Shown here: positions 52,731 to 64,000 of the stretch, piece after piece
Position numbering within the stretch: position 1 is the first letter of the stretch
Layout: every line of letters starts with the position of its first letter
DNA from: Octopus sinensis
Taxonomy: Eukaryota
DNA: 64,000 nucleotides
Assembly: GCF_006345805.1 (NCBI RefSeq)
Contig: NC_043003.1
Coordinates: 90,458,001 to 90,522,000 of the forward strand
Reading direction: 5' to 3'
Translations under genes and position numbers: made by a program
Notes under the pieces: generated by a model
The model's database searches: none
Told to the model about the DNA's origin: nothing
Seen by the model: the letters and a program-made list of their open reading frames with translations, nothing else

Positions 52731-54820
52731 CACTGGATATATTTTATTAATAATGCTGGTCTACAAGGTTTTTGGTGTTTAGGAAATAGACATCAATTCT
52801 ATACAAAATTGGTCTCCTGAATCCAAATATAACCTATTTGACCTATCAGATCTAGTTTTTAAGTTATTGAACATCCCTGTAGTCACTATGTATGTGTGTA
52901 TGTCCAGTACGCAGTGTTTGTTACCTTATTCTAATTCTAATTATTTTTCTTTTTTCCATTCTTTTTAGATATTTATCTAAGCAATAGAAAATGAGCAAGA
53001 TGTCCTCTTCAAGACGTATTTTGTTTGTGGAGAATGCACTGATTTTGTTGAAAGAGCATATGTGGTATATGTTGGGGTCAAGATGGGAGACCAAGATAAA
53101 TATTGGGCACTGCATAGAGTCTGCAAACAATGTACGGAACATTTGCGACAATGGACTACAGGGACAAGGAAAAGTATGAGGTTTGTTATACCAATGGTAT
53201 GGTGGGAGCCCTACAATCACATGGATGACTGCTATCTTTGTAACCTAATTTTGAAAGGTATTAACTGGAAAAATCGACAAACACTTGTCTATCCTAATCT
53301 TGCCTCTGCTATTAGACCGGTTCCACTCAGTGAAGAGCTTCCTGTTCCTGTCTTCAATGTCTTGCCTTAGATAACTTTACCCCCAACCAAAGAAGATTCA
53401 TTACCTGAAGAAGACACTGGAGATCAAGACTTTTCAATTGACTTTACCTCAGCTATTCTCCCAGGTAGAGTTGAATGAACTAGTTCGTGAATTGAACCTC
53501 CCAAAAAATTCTCCAGAATTGTTGGCTTCTCAACTGAAAGAGAAGTATCTTCTGGAGAATGGTGTCTGTATAACATTGTATCAGAGTTGGCATGAAGAGT
53601 TCCTTTCTGTCTTCACAAAAGCAGAAGAGCTGGTTTACTGCAGAGATGTCAATGGGCTTCTTAATACACTTGGTGTTAAGGAATACAAACCAGAGGAATG
53701 GCGTCTTTTCATAGTCCGCTCTAAGTGTTGTTTAAAATGTGTATTGTTGCACAACGGAAATGTGTATAGCTTTGTCCCACTTGGCCACTCAACAACTCTG
53801 AAGGAAAGATATCAAGAAATTAAGTTGGGTTTAGAGAAGATATTCTATCATGACCATAAATGGGTCATCTGCATTGACTTAAAGATGGTGAATTTTCTCA
53901 TGGGACAGCAATCTGGTTATACCAAATACCCATGCTTTCTTTGCATGTGGAACAGTAGAGACCAAGGAAACCACTATGTTAAGAAAGACTGGCTGCCTCG
54001 AACAAATATGGCTCCATGTAGAGCTGCCCATATATTGAGTGAGATAAAATCATTTCCACCCCTTTGCACATCAAACTCGGATTGATCAAGCAATTCATCA
54101 AAGCTCTTGACAAAAATGGGGAGTGCTTCAAGTATATTTGCAGTGTATTTCCAGACTTGATGACTGAAAAACTTAAAGCACGGATTTTTGATGGACCACA
54201 GATCCGTAAGCTCTTGAAGGAGACAAATTTCGTGAAAGTAATGAGCGAAAATGAAGCATCAGATTGGCTAGCCTTTGCAGAAGTAGTGCAAAATTTCCTT
54301 GGGAAACACAAAAGTGAAAACTATAAAGACCTTGTTACCAACTTGATATCAACTTGATATTAACGTGAATATGAGCCTCAATTTTTTAGTCATCTTGATT
54401 GTTTTCCTGAAAATCTTGGGGATGTTAGTGATGAACAAGGTGAACAATTCCATCATGACATCAAGGAGTTGGAAACTCAGTACCAAGGACGTTGGGATGC
54501 TGTGATGATGGCAAACTATTGCTGGTGTTTTAAACAAGATACTCCTGTTGTTCAACATTCATGGTGCACAAAGAATTTTCTGCTAAAAATCTTAACCAAT
54601 GTGCATTTTCAATTTTGAATTTTTATTTGTACTTCATTTTGTTTTGTGTTACGCTCTCTTTATTGATTCATACTATATACCTTTTGTATGAATAAAATAC
54701 TTACTGTATCGGGTTTAGTCAGAAACTAGACCTGATAGAGAAAAACTGAAATAAAATCACTTAAGAATTTGTTGAAATATTCAAGGCACCAGACAAAAAT
54801 AATTGTTTTGTTGCCCACTG
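52731..54820 (+). mobile_element. Chapaev3-like (CMC group) DNA transposon, degenerate transposase ~52980-54545
   Basis: Fragments KMGDQDKYWALHRVCKQC, PMVWWEPYNHMDDCYLC, IDLKMVNFLMGQQSGYTKYPCFLC, PPLHIKLGLIKQF, IFDGPQIR and SDEQGEQFHHDI..LETQYQGRW. Subterminal IR at 52843-52858 / 54723-54738; right end TTGTTGCCCACTG|TAA. Left end uncertain; family assignment is from recall. Confidence 0.7.
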
Positions 54821-55714
54821 TAACATATTTCAGTGACACAGAACTGAACTTTATCAAATCACAAACTGTTCTTCACAAGACTCTTTGTTTTACAACCAAA
54901 TGCTTTGTGACCTACGTGGAGCAGTAGAAAAATGTATGATTGTGATTTTTCTTTCAGTTTATCTCAGTTTTTCTTGGGAGAGTTCAAGCCGGTCACTAAC
55001 AAAGCAACAAGATTTTTTGAATTAAGAGAGTTCCCAGCATTTGTAAATATGTGGTTGAGTTGATGTGTTGGTTGAACTGTCGATGCATACATCCAAGTGT
55101 GCGCATCTATTGTATGTCTGTCTACTTCCATTGAAACCAGTCTTCACTCCATCGTTTATAACTAAGTCCCATACTTTTTTGAGATACAAAGGGTAGCAAA
55201 GCCTGTACTTGTGATATGTAGCTCCAGAAATGGTAGTATCATTGTACTATTGCTAATTTCTATGAAGAACTTGGGAATGTTGTACAATCTTATTTGCCAT
55301 TCAATATAATGATTTTGAGATATGGCTATCAGTACTATGGGTGGTTAATTTTCTGAATCATATAACTTTTTCGAAAATTTTACTATCCATTTGAACATTG
55401 AAAATCAAAGAAAGAATTTGAAAAATATAATTAAGAAAACAATAGAAAGTAGGATAGCAGAAAAAATTCTGACAGTATTGATTTTTATATGGAAGTTTCA
55501 TATTTCATCCATATTCACCAGTCCCTGCTTCCAATTCTGTCCTCATTTCTATTATCTGTCATTCTTACAAACTTAACAACACATCCAGCCATCCCCGCCC
55601 TTATTCTCTCTTTATTCACCTTCTTGTACCTTGAGGGTATGCCCTGTAACTCATTTCTACCATCCTCTTCTCCCTTTCCTGCGGAGATACCAATTTCTTT
55701 ACTACCCACAAGGG

Positions 55715-55912
55715 GTAAAACACAGAGAGGACAAAGACAGACAAACGGATTAAGTCGATTACATCAACCCCAGTGCGTAACTGGTACTTAATTTATCGAC
55801 CCCAAAAGGATGAAAGGCAAAGTCGACCTCGGCGGAATTTGAACTCGGAACATAACAGCAGATGAAATACGGCTACGCATTTCGCCCGGTGTGCTAATGC
55901 TTCTGCCAGCTT
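55715..55912 (-). mobile_element. Young SINE family B copy
   Basis: CpGs retained (GTCGACCTCGGCGG, TTTCGCCCGG). Other single copies at 18160-18350, 22215-22365, 27140-27360, 62038-62240. Confidence 0.8.
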
Positions 55913-58839
55913 CTCAACACTTAGCACAAAGCCATCTCCTTCAATACTGCATCCCCAACTCTGTCAAAGGAGTCTTGCCTTGTGAGTTATTTGGTGACTT
56001 CACTAATACTGGTGCTATGAAAATAAGCATCCAGTGCACTGATAAGTGTTTGGTATTAGGAAGGGCATCCAACCATTAAAAACCTTGCCAAAGCAGACAC
56101 TGAAGAACAAAACAGTTCTCAGGTTAGTTGGATGTCAAACCATGCCAGCATGGAATATGGACAGTAAACAATAAGAAAAACTCACCTCTATGCACACGCT
56201 ATGCATACACTAACACCCTTTAATATTTTGGACTAAGTTATTTACTCAAGAAGAAAGTAATAATAATATTAATAATAATAGAAAAAAGAAAATGACCAAG
56301 GTTAGTTAGTCTATGTAAATCTAGACAGTTTTATAAAACCTATTTAGTAAATCAACAGAATCATCGACAAAATGTCTGCTTTCTTACAGATATCTAATAA
56401 CTTGATATAATCTTTGTTGAAATCAGTGAAGTTTTTCATTTTTTTTTTTCCTCTTTTCTAAAACTAGTTTTAAGAACAAATAAACTGTAAAGACCAGCAG
56501 ATGAAAATAATAAGGTCATTATTTAGAATCTGAATACATTTCTAATGGTACTATATTTAGAAGTATAACCAGACTTGAGACAAAAGATCTTTATTCTGAG
56601 CTACCAAAGAAAAAAAGAATGGAAAAGTATGTGCACAACATAGGTTTCCAAATTGATGTAGGGTTAGGGTTAGGGAATGATAAAGAACAAGGGATTTAGT
56701 TTATCACTTCACTGGATCTCACTGTACCTTGGTTATATGTAATATATATATAAGACAATCTGTTAGTTAATTCAGCTAACAACTCACTAGGAGAAAAACA
56801 ATTCTTAGCCTGCAAAGCCTAACTGCAGCTAAAAGAAAATTCTGGAGGGAATTAAAATATCTAATAGCAAACAAAACCCAAATGTCATTTTGCAATGACA
56901 TTGTGCTAATAATAAATAAGAGAATCAGAAAATTTTTGAATACAAAAGAACTTAAAAGAAACTAATTTACTCCAGATTTGGAAGTTGAAAACTGTGTCTA
57001 AAATTTTTCTAACTAAAAATACTTTGCAGAAAGCCAATGATATATTTATGGAAGGATTAGTTAATTGGGTTTCCAGTCCCTGTGCATGACTATAACCACC
57101 AGCTGACCAAAGCCTTTTGAATGGATTTGGAAGATGGAAACTGAAAGAAACCCTTCGTATGTGTGCATTATCTTGATATCATGTGATGGTTGTAAATGAG
57201 CATCACCATCATACAAGCAATGCTGTTCCTAGTCTTCCATGAAAACATGGTCTAACTGTGCTCTGAAACAAGTGAGGCTTGGCAACAAGAAGAGAATTCA
57301 GTCATAGAAAATCTGCCTCAACAAATTCTGTTTGATCCATGCAAGCTTGGAAAAATGGAGGTTAAAATGATGATCAGTATGGCAATGATAAAACTAAACT
57401 AGACCAAATAATAGCTTTTGATTTAGGAAAAAAAAGAACAATTTTTAGACAGGGTTAGTCTAAACAATCGACCTCAGTACTTAATTTGTACTTTATTGAT
57501 CCTGGAGAAATGAAAGACAAAGTTGACTTTGATGGGATTTGAATTCAGAAGGTAAAGACCAAGAATAATACTGGTTTCAAATTTTGGCACAAGGCCAATA
57601 GAAGAACAAGAATAAATATTTGGACTAAGTTATTTATATTGGGCTAAGAATAAATATTGTAAGGTATTTTGTTTGATGCTCGAATGATACTGCCAATTCA
57701 CTGCCCATAGACATGATTAAAGAATATGAATCTCTGAAAATATTGGTCTCTTATACTAAGACTGCACCTTAAAATAATAGAGACTAGAAAATGAGTTCAT
57801 GTGACATACAGGAGTTTCTTGACACAGGTAAAGTAAACAGGACTTAGGGTTGTGTACATTTTATTGACATATAAAGTGCTGGGATTGCTGTAAGGCTGAG
57901 AAGTTCATTTGGGTTAGGGTTCAATACCAATGTATGGTACCTCAAGCAAGTGTTCTCTAATATAGGCCAAGGATGACCAATGCTATGTGAAGGAATTTTA
58001 CAGATGGGTACTGAAAGAAGCTCATAGTATATGTGTGTGTGTTAGTGATAGAAAACAAGGATTGAAGAAATCCATGCAAATACCTTAGCACTCCATGTGA
58101 GGAAAACAGTTGAGGGTTAACAGTTCCATTAATTGATTAATTATGTATACAAATTATTGTAAAGTGAGGAAACAGTTCCTCTAGATATTTGAAACAATCA
58201 TAACACTGAATAGAATTATATACAAACGACCATAATTTTTTGTCTGATTACTGTATGTACATATGTATGTATGTACATTATACACATATTTATACACACA
58301 TGCATGTGTGTATAAATATATGTGTATATGTGTCTGGGCTATGGCTACATACAGTGATGTTACCATTTGCAGCAAGCTGCAAATGGTGACATTTGTTGAA
58401 ATTTCCAGTCAACAAATTATCGGCTAGCTTACTTGAAAAACATGTAAGGGTTGGTGACAAGAAGTGCATCTGGCCATAGAATGCCTTACATCCTATCAAA
58501 GCCTTGCTAGCATAGAAGAAAACAGATGTTAAATACAACAAACACCACCAGGAGGATGCATAAGACCAAAACATATTGATAGCTGTCACCTTATTTGACA
58601 AAGATCAGACTTACAATAATTCAGTGCATTCCCCACCATGATCTATTTTTAATTAATTAGTGTCTTGGTATCATCTTCCTGCTTTTCCTTGACCAGAATC
58701 ATATAATCAAAGCTAATGACTTTTTGTCTTAACTATGGGTGTAAATTTAATTCATTAAATATATTTTTGGGACTTGTTACATTAACAATGTTACTGCTCC
58801 TACCACTTAAGTCTTTATCAGTTAGTTCGAGAAAGAGGA

Positions 58840-59100
58840 AAAGAAGGATCAGTTGGGTCCAAAACGTTCAACCTTTGAATGAAAGAAAACTACAGAGAAG
58901 TAGGAGGAGTCTCACAGGTGGGTGATGAAGATATCAGAACAAGGTCTTGGATAGGAGACATAATAATAGTAATAAGCAGAAGGGAGGTGAGTTTAAAAGG
59001 TGTCTGGCAGAGAGTTCCAAAATTCAGAGGAGTACAGACTATCATAGTAATTAATAGCATAAGAGATCAAGTACACATCATATGGTAAAACACGAGACCA
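58840..59100 (-). mobile_element. Old CR1/L2-type LINE ORF2 C-terminal remnant
   Basis: Degenerate '...YSSEFWNSLP...' trace on the minus strand. Confidence 0.45.
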
Positions 59101-62100
59101 GATCAGGTGAAACTTGTCTGAATGGACCAATTATCATCAATTTTCCATGCTTGCCTGAGTTAGAAGGAATTTGTGAGGCAGATTTTCTATGGCTGGATAT
59201 ACTTCCTGCTGCCAACTTTCTCTTGTTTACCAAGCAACGTAATATTTCCTCAAGGCCAGAGATGCTTTCATGGAAGACTGAAAACAAACAACACTACTTG
59301 TATGGTGGTGACACAACTGTCTCAAGATGTCAAGACAAGGGCACCCCCCCACACACGTGCATGTGCACATGCACACACGTGCATGCACGCATACACATGT
59401 GCATGCACACACACATGTGCATGTGCACACACACACGTGCATGTGCACACACACACAATAGGCATTTCAGTTTGTCTACAACTCTATACACAAGGCTTTC
59501 ATAGAAGCCACTTACTCAAGATGCTATGCACTGGGACTGAACCTGAAACAGCATAGCTAGAAAGATAAACCAATGTTAATTGGACATAAATGACATAAGC
59601 CATTACATTGTTGTTTAGCCCAAGGTTAGCCAAAATCAATCATATCATGAATTAAAAGCATTCCAGATATGACTATTCCATTTTTTCTAAAGGCAGTGTA
59701 TCTTAGATTGTATTATTTCATGTGTCCTTACTTTATACAAGATAGAAGGATGTTATTTGAGGAAGATGTGGCTGCTATTTCTGTCCGGTCAAATGATCAC
59801 ATAGAGAATTTCTTGTTGGCTTATGTAATTATTTCTTGCAAACAAAAGTTAAAAATAAATAGAATTTACCACTTAGTCAGGAGGGAAGGCACTAAGGAAT
59901 CAGGTGGTGATGTTAAACTGGCAAATTTAGTCTATCACTCAAGTAGACTGTAGCAGGATTTGAACTCAAAATGCAAAGAGCCAGAGCAAATACTACAATG
60001 CATCCAGACCAATGTTCTTATATTTCAGCCGATCAGAACTTATAGTTCTGTCACAAATTGGTATTTTTTTCATCAACCACACCCAGAAAAAGAAATAAGA
60101 TATTGGTCTTGGCAGGATTTTTGCCAATTCACTGATTTTATTTCATTCTTTGTAAGTAATAAATGATATCATTTAATAGGTTAATTAACACTTCTGATTT
60201 CAAATGTAGGAGTAATTCTTGAATTAATTTCTGTGATACCAATCTGGCTGAGGCAATCTCTGGTTCTATGAAACAAACTTCCTGTTTTAAAGAGATTTAA
60301 ATCAAAACCTTCCATCAAAATTTCATGTTAATTTATTTTCCAAATACCATCTTAATAATGACAAAGTCACTTAGATGCTTCGTTATATTCAAAATTAATT
60401 GAAACAAAGGCAGTGTATTTAATTAGAAACATGATTATAAAAAGGTTAATGTAAAAGAAATAGATACAAGTGCTAACTGTAGTAAGTTAGCAATTTCAGT
60501 TCAGGGAAAGTTTTCTTCTATTCAACACAACATTTATTTCTCTGAACATATTTATAAAGAAGAAAAGAAAGAAAAAAGGTGCACTACTAAGGATATAGGG
60601 GTATCAGTGAGCAGAAACTTGACTTGAGATGTACCAATGTCAAATATAATTTCATTACCTAAGTTCTTTCATGAATATTTAAACATTATTTAAATATAGG
60701 CACAGGCATGGCTGTGAGGTAAGAAGCATGCCTATCAACCATATGGTTCCGGGCTCAGTCCCACAGCGTGGCACCCTGGACAAAAGTCTTCTACTGTAGC
60801 CTCGGGCCAACCAAAGCCTTGTGAGTGGATTTAGTAGATGGAAACTGGAAGAAACCCGTCGTGTGTGTGTGTGTGTGTGTGTGTGTCTTTCTGTCTTTGT
60901 TTGTGCCCCTCACCACTGCTTGACAACTGGTGTTGGTGTGTTTGCATCTCCATAACTTATTGGATCAGCAAAAGAGACCGATAGAATAAGTACCAAGCTG
61001 GACCCCAGTACCAACAGTACTGGAGTACTGGGGTCAATTCATTCGATTAAAAAAAACAATTCAAAGTGGTGCCCTGGCATGGCCGCAGTCTAATGACTGA
61101 AACAAGATAAAAGATAAAGATAGCGGGTGCTAATCCATATAAATATCTAGCCCTTTTGTAACCATATTTCTTTTGAAATGCACTGTCTTTGTTACAATTA
61201 ATTTTGAAAAGACTGACTAATTTAGGAGAAATAATTTTATCATAATAAAGCTGGTGTGTGGAATATGAAATGGAATTCTAGTTGTAAGTTTTAATGTAGA
61301 TCACTTTAAATGGAATTTGTATCATAGGACCAAGGGTAGTTTCAGGCAGGTTGATATCAAAAGAGTCAGAGGTGCTTGCTGGATAAAAAAGGTATAAAAA
61401 AATATGAATAAACAACTGTGCAAACTTAGCTTCTGTTTGAATGAAATAATCTGTTCTCCCCACCCCACTAAAAAAAACAAAAAAACCCACAGAGCAAGGG
61501 CATCTATAAAATGTCACATAGTAAATAGGGGACACTGAACAACAAGCTGTTAAAAACCATTGGTATAAATATTTGATGTGAATTGAAAAAAAAAAAAGCT
61601 GAACAACTGCTGAATACAAGAGTTGAAAGAGGTGTGCAATCGTCCACACTGAATGCATCACAAATAAAAGCGATAGGGTTCGAATCGAACAGACCAGCGT
61701 GAATGTGACGCTAAATTAAGGAAGAACAAGACATATGAAGAGTGAAGTGGTTGTAGGTGCTAACTATATGAAAATTTGAAAAGTAGTAGTTAGAAAAAGA
61801 CACATAGACAAAATGATGTTTAGACAAAGGGCAATTTATATAAATTCTAACATCACCACTATTAGTGTGGGTATCAAAAAGAGGGTGTCTTTCAAAAGGT
61901 CCAACTGTAGTTGTGGTGATGTTGAACGAGTACATAATCCAGTTTCAATTCTTGGTGACAGTAAATTCAATCTTGCTATTGTGGGTTCAAATCTTGCTGT
62001 AATCACCTTTGCTTTTCATCTATCTGGATTTGCTAAATCAAGAGGGAGAACTGGCAGAATTGTTAGCACATTGGACAAAACGCTTGGAAGCATTTCTTCC

Positions 62101-64000
62101 AGGTCTTTACATTCAAAACTTTGTTGAGGTCAACTTTGTCTTTCATCCTTTCAGTATCAATAACATAAAGTACCAGTCAAATACTGGGTTGTTGGTAGTG
62201 ATTAACCCACTCCTTTCAAAATTATTGGCCTTATGTCTAAATTAGAAACTATCATTAAGAGGTAAAACTGGCTGAGTTATTAGTGCATTGGAACAATGCT
62301 CAATGGCATTTCTTTCACCTCTTTACATTTTGAGTACAAATTCCATGGAGGTCAATTTTGCCTTTCAACATTTCAGGGTTGATAAAATAAAATGCCAGTC
62401 AAGTACTAGGGTTGATATAATTGACTAACTCCTGTCCTTAAAAAACAGTGGAAGGATGGACACAGTCATATTTAGCTTTTTTGTTATCATATTTCTGTTG
62501 AAATACACTGCCTTTGTTTCAATTAATTTCGAAAATAATGAGGAATTTAATAAAATAACTCTCAATGTTAAAGGGCTCATGTTTGAAACACAAACTTATA
62601 CAAAGTTTTGATGAAAGGTTTTAATTCAGATCACTTTAAAACAGAAAGCTTCTATCATAGTTCCAGGGGCAGTTTCAGGTGATTTGATATATAAAGGGTT
62701 AGTAAAACTGCAATGGTTTAGAAACCATTGTAAGTTATCCAAAACCATAGTGAAGGATACAAATTTAATTTGACATCTCAATAAAAAAGAGAAAGGGGCA
62801 CAGGTATTTCACTGGGATTATTAGTCAGTTTGAGAATCCTTAAGTAATGTGGTTGTAAGATTAATTATAAGATGAAGCTAAAGTAATTAAATAAAAAAAA
62901 AAACCCAAAAAACTCGACAGTGTCAGTGACTGTTTCCTACATTTTAACTATTTCATTCTTTTTGACTTCCCTGCTCTATTTTATCATGTCCTCCTGTCCC
63001 TCAAAGTAAAAACAAACCAGGCTTACATCTTGTTTATAAGCTAAATTACACTGAAAAGAATTAGTACTCAGGGATGCCAGAAGCTTAAAAAATAACTAGT
63101 TCAGTGGATGCACATGTACATAATATAGATATATATGCATTTTTAATTTATTGAAATTACATTCATAGTGAGAAGAACCACTCATTACCTAAATGAAAAC
63201 AAAGGGAGACAACAAAGAATTTATATAAAAGTTAATTAAAAATAGAATGTAGTGTGCTTGTATGTGAGTAGGAGGTGGGTAGCAGGTGGTCTTTGAACTT
63301 ATCACTAATTACTAAGAAAGAGCTGACAGATGGCCCCATTGTAATTTAGTTTCAGTTGATTTTTATTCAGTAAAAATTTATGTTTTGGTTCACTTAGTAT
63401 ATTATGTATGTTAGTGACCACTTCTACATATTCTCTTTGTATCAATTGATCTCCTCTCATGATTGCACAAACACACATTTGAAGTGGTGTCGACTTTCTA
63501 AGCTGAGTAGAGCAAAACTCTCTTAATGACTAAAAGATTAGAAGAAAAAAAGAATTCAGGTGACATGAAAAATGTTCAAGCAATGATATCTTTTATTTTT
63601 AATTTGTTTCAGTCATTAGACTGTGGCCATGCTGGGGCGAAGTTATGGGTATGTGAACACACCAGCACTGAGTGGTGATTGGGGGACAAACACAAACACA
63701 CATATATACGAGGAGCTTCTTTCAGTTTCCATCTACCAAATCTACTTTCAAGGCTATGGTTAGCCTGAGGTTATAGTAAAGGTCACCTGCCCAAGGTGCC
63801 ATGCAAGTTTCTTACCACACTGCCATGCCTATTATGAACAAAATTTTCACCTTTATATAGTAGTTTGATGCATTTACAAGTACCACCACCACCACCACTA
63901 CTACTACAATGTAAATATCACTGTATTGACTTGACTCTAAGATGTTACACACTGCTGGTCACAATGTGCCTCTCCACATTTTTAAATGATGCCACCCCAC

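Noticed and set aside
55022-55246. 74-codon stop-free frame on the gene strand
   Set aside because: No ATG, no good acceptor and no recognisable motif; length is within chance.
56388-56439. Possible alternative first exon MKNFTDFNKDYIKLLDI with GTAAGA donor
   Set aside because: Phase 1 does not fit exon A, and there is no promoter or homology support.
56659-56675. TTAGGG x2-3 (also ~20574-20587)
   Set aside because: Too short to call an interstitial telomere.
61677-61686. GGTTCGAATC, a tRNA T-loop/B-box-like motif
   Set aside because: No cloverleaf or A-box could be built around it. SINE heads elsewhere are likewise tRNA-derived, not tRNA genes.

Overview
Eukaryotic, AT-rich, microsatellite- and SINE-dense DNA. 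The repeat families look like octopus/coleoid cephalopod; this is inferred from recognition and was not checked against a database. One protein-coding gene is supported: a minus-strand Zasp/Enigma-family (PDZ-ZM-LIM; Zasp52/LDB3/PDLIM7-like) gene. Nine exons (38014 down to 8112) were joined by hand through canonical GT-AG sites with consistent phases. They give 1239 nt (412 aa plus stop): an 'NFNAVARPF' motif, a QSRSF motif, the ZM motif QYNSPIGLYS, a Pro-rich linker and three C-terminal LIM domains. A tenth, 225-nt symmetric exon (19766-19990) has two UGCAUG (Rbfox-type) sites at its acceptor and can act as a cassette exon or as a terminal exon giving a LIM-less isoform. The N-terminal (PDZ) exons were not found and probably lie beyond position 64000. 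The rest is a probable ~2.2 kb TE-free 3'UTR plus introns full of transposons: a hAT element with intact TSD, two mariners, a Chapaev3-like element, Helitron, pogo- and piggyBac-type MITEs, RTE/CR1/Tx1 LINE fragments and three tRNA-derived SINE families. No CRISPR array, rRNA or true tRNA was seen. The most interesting signals concern isoform control of the Zasp gene and intronic fold-back/inverted repeats that could form dsRNA. Exon and TIR/TSD coordinates were counted by hand; boundaries of old repeats are approximate.
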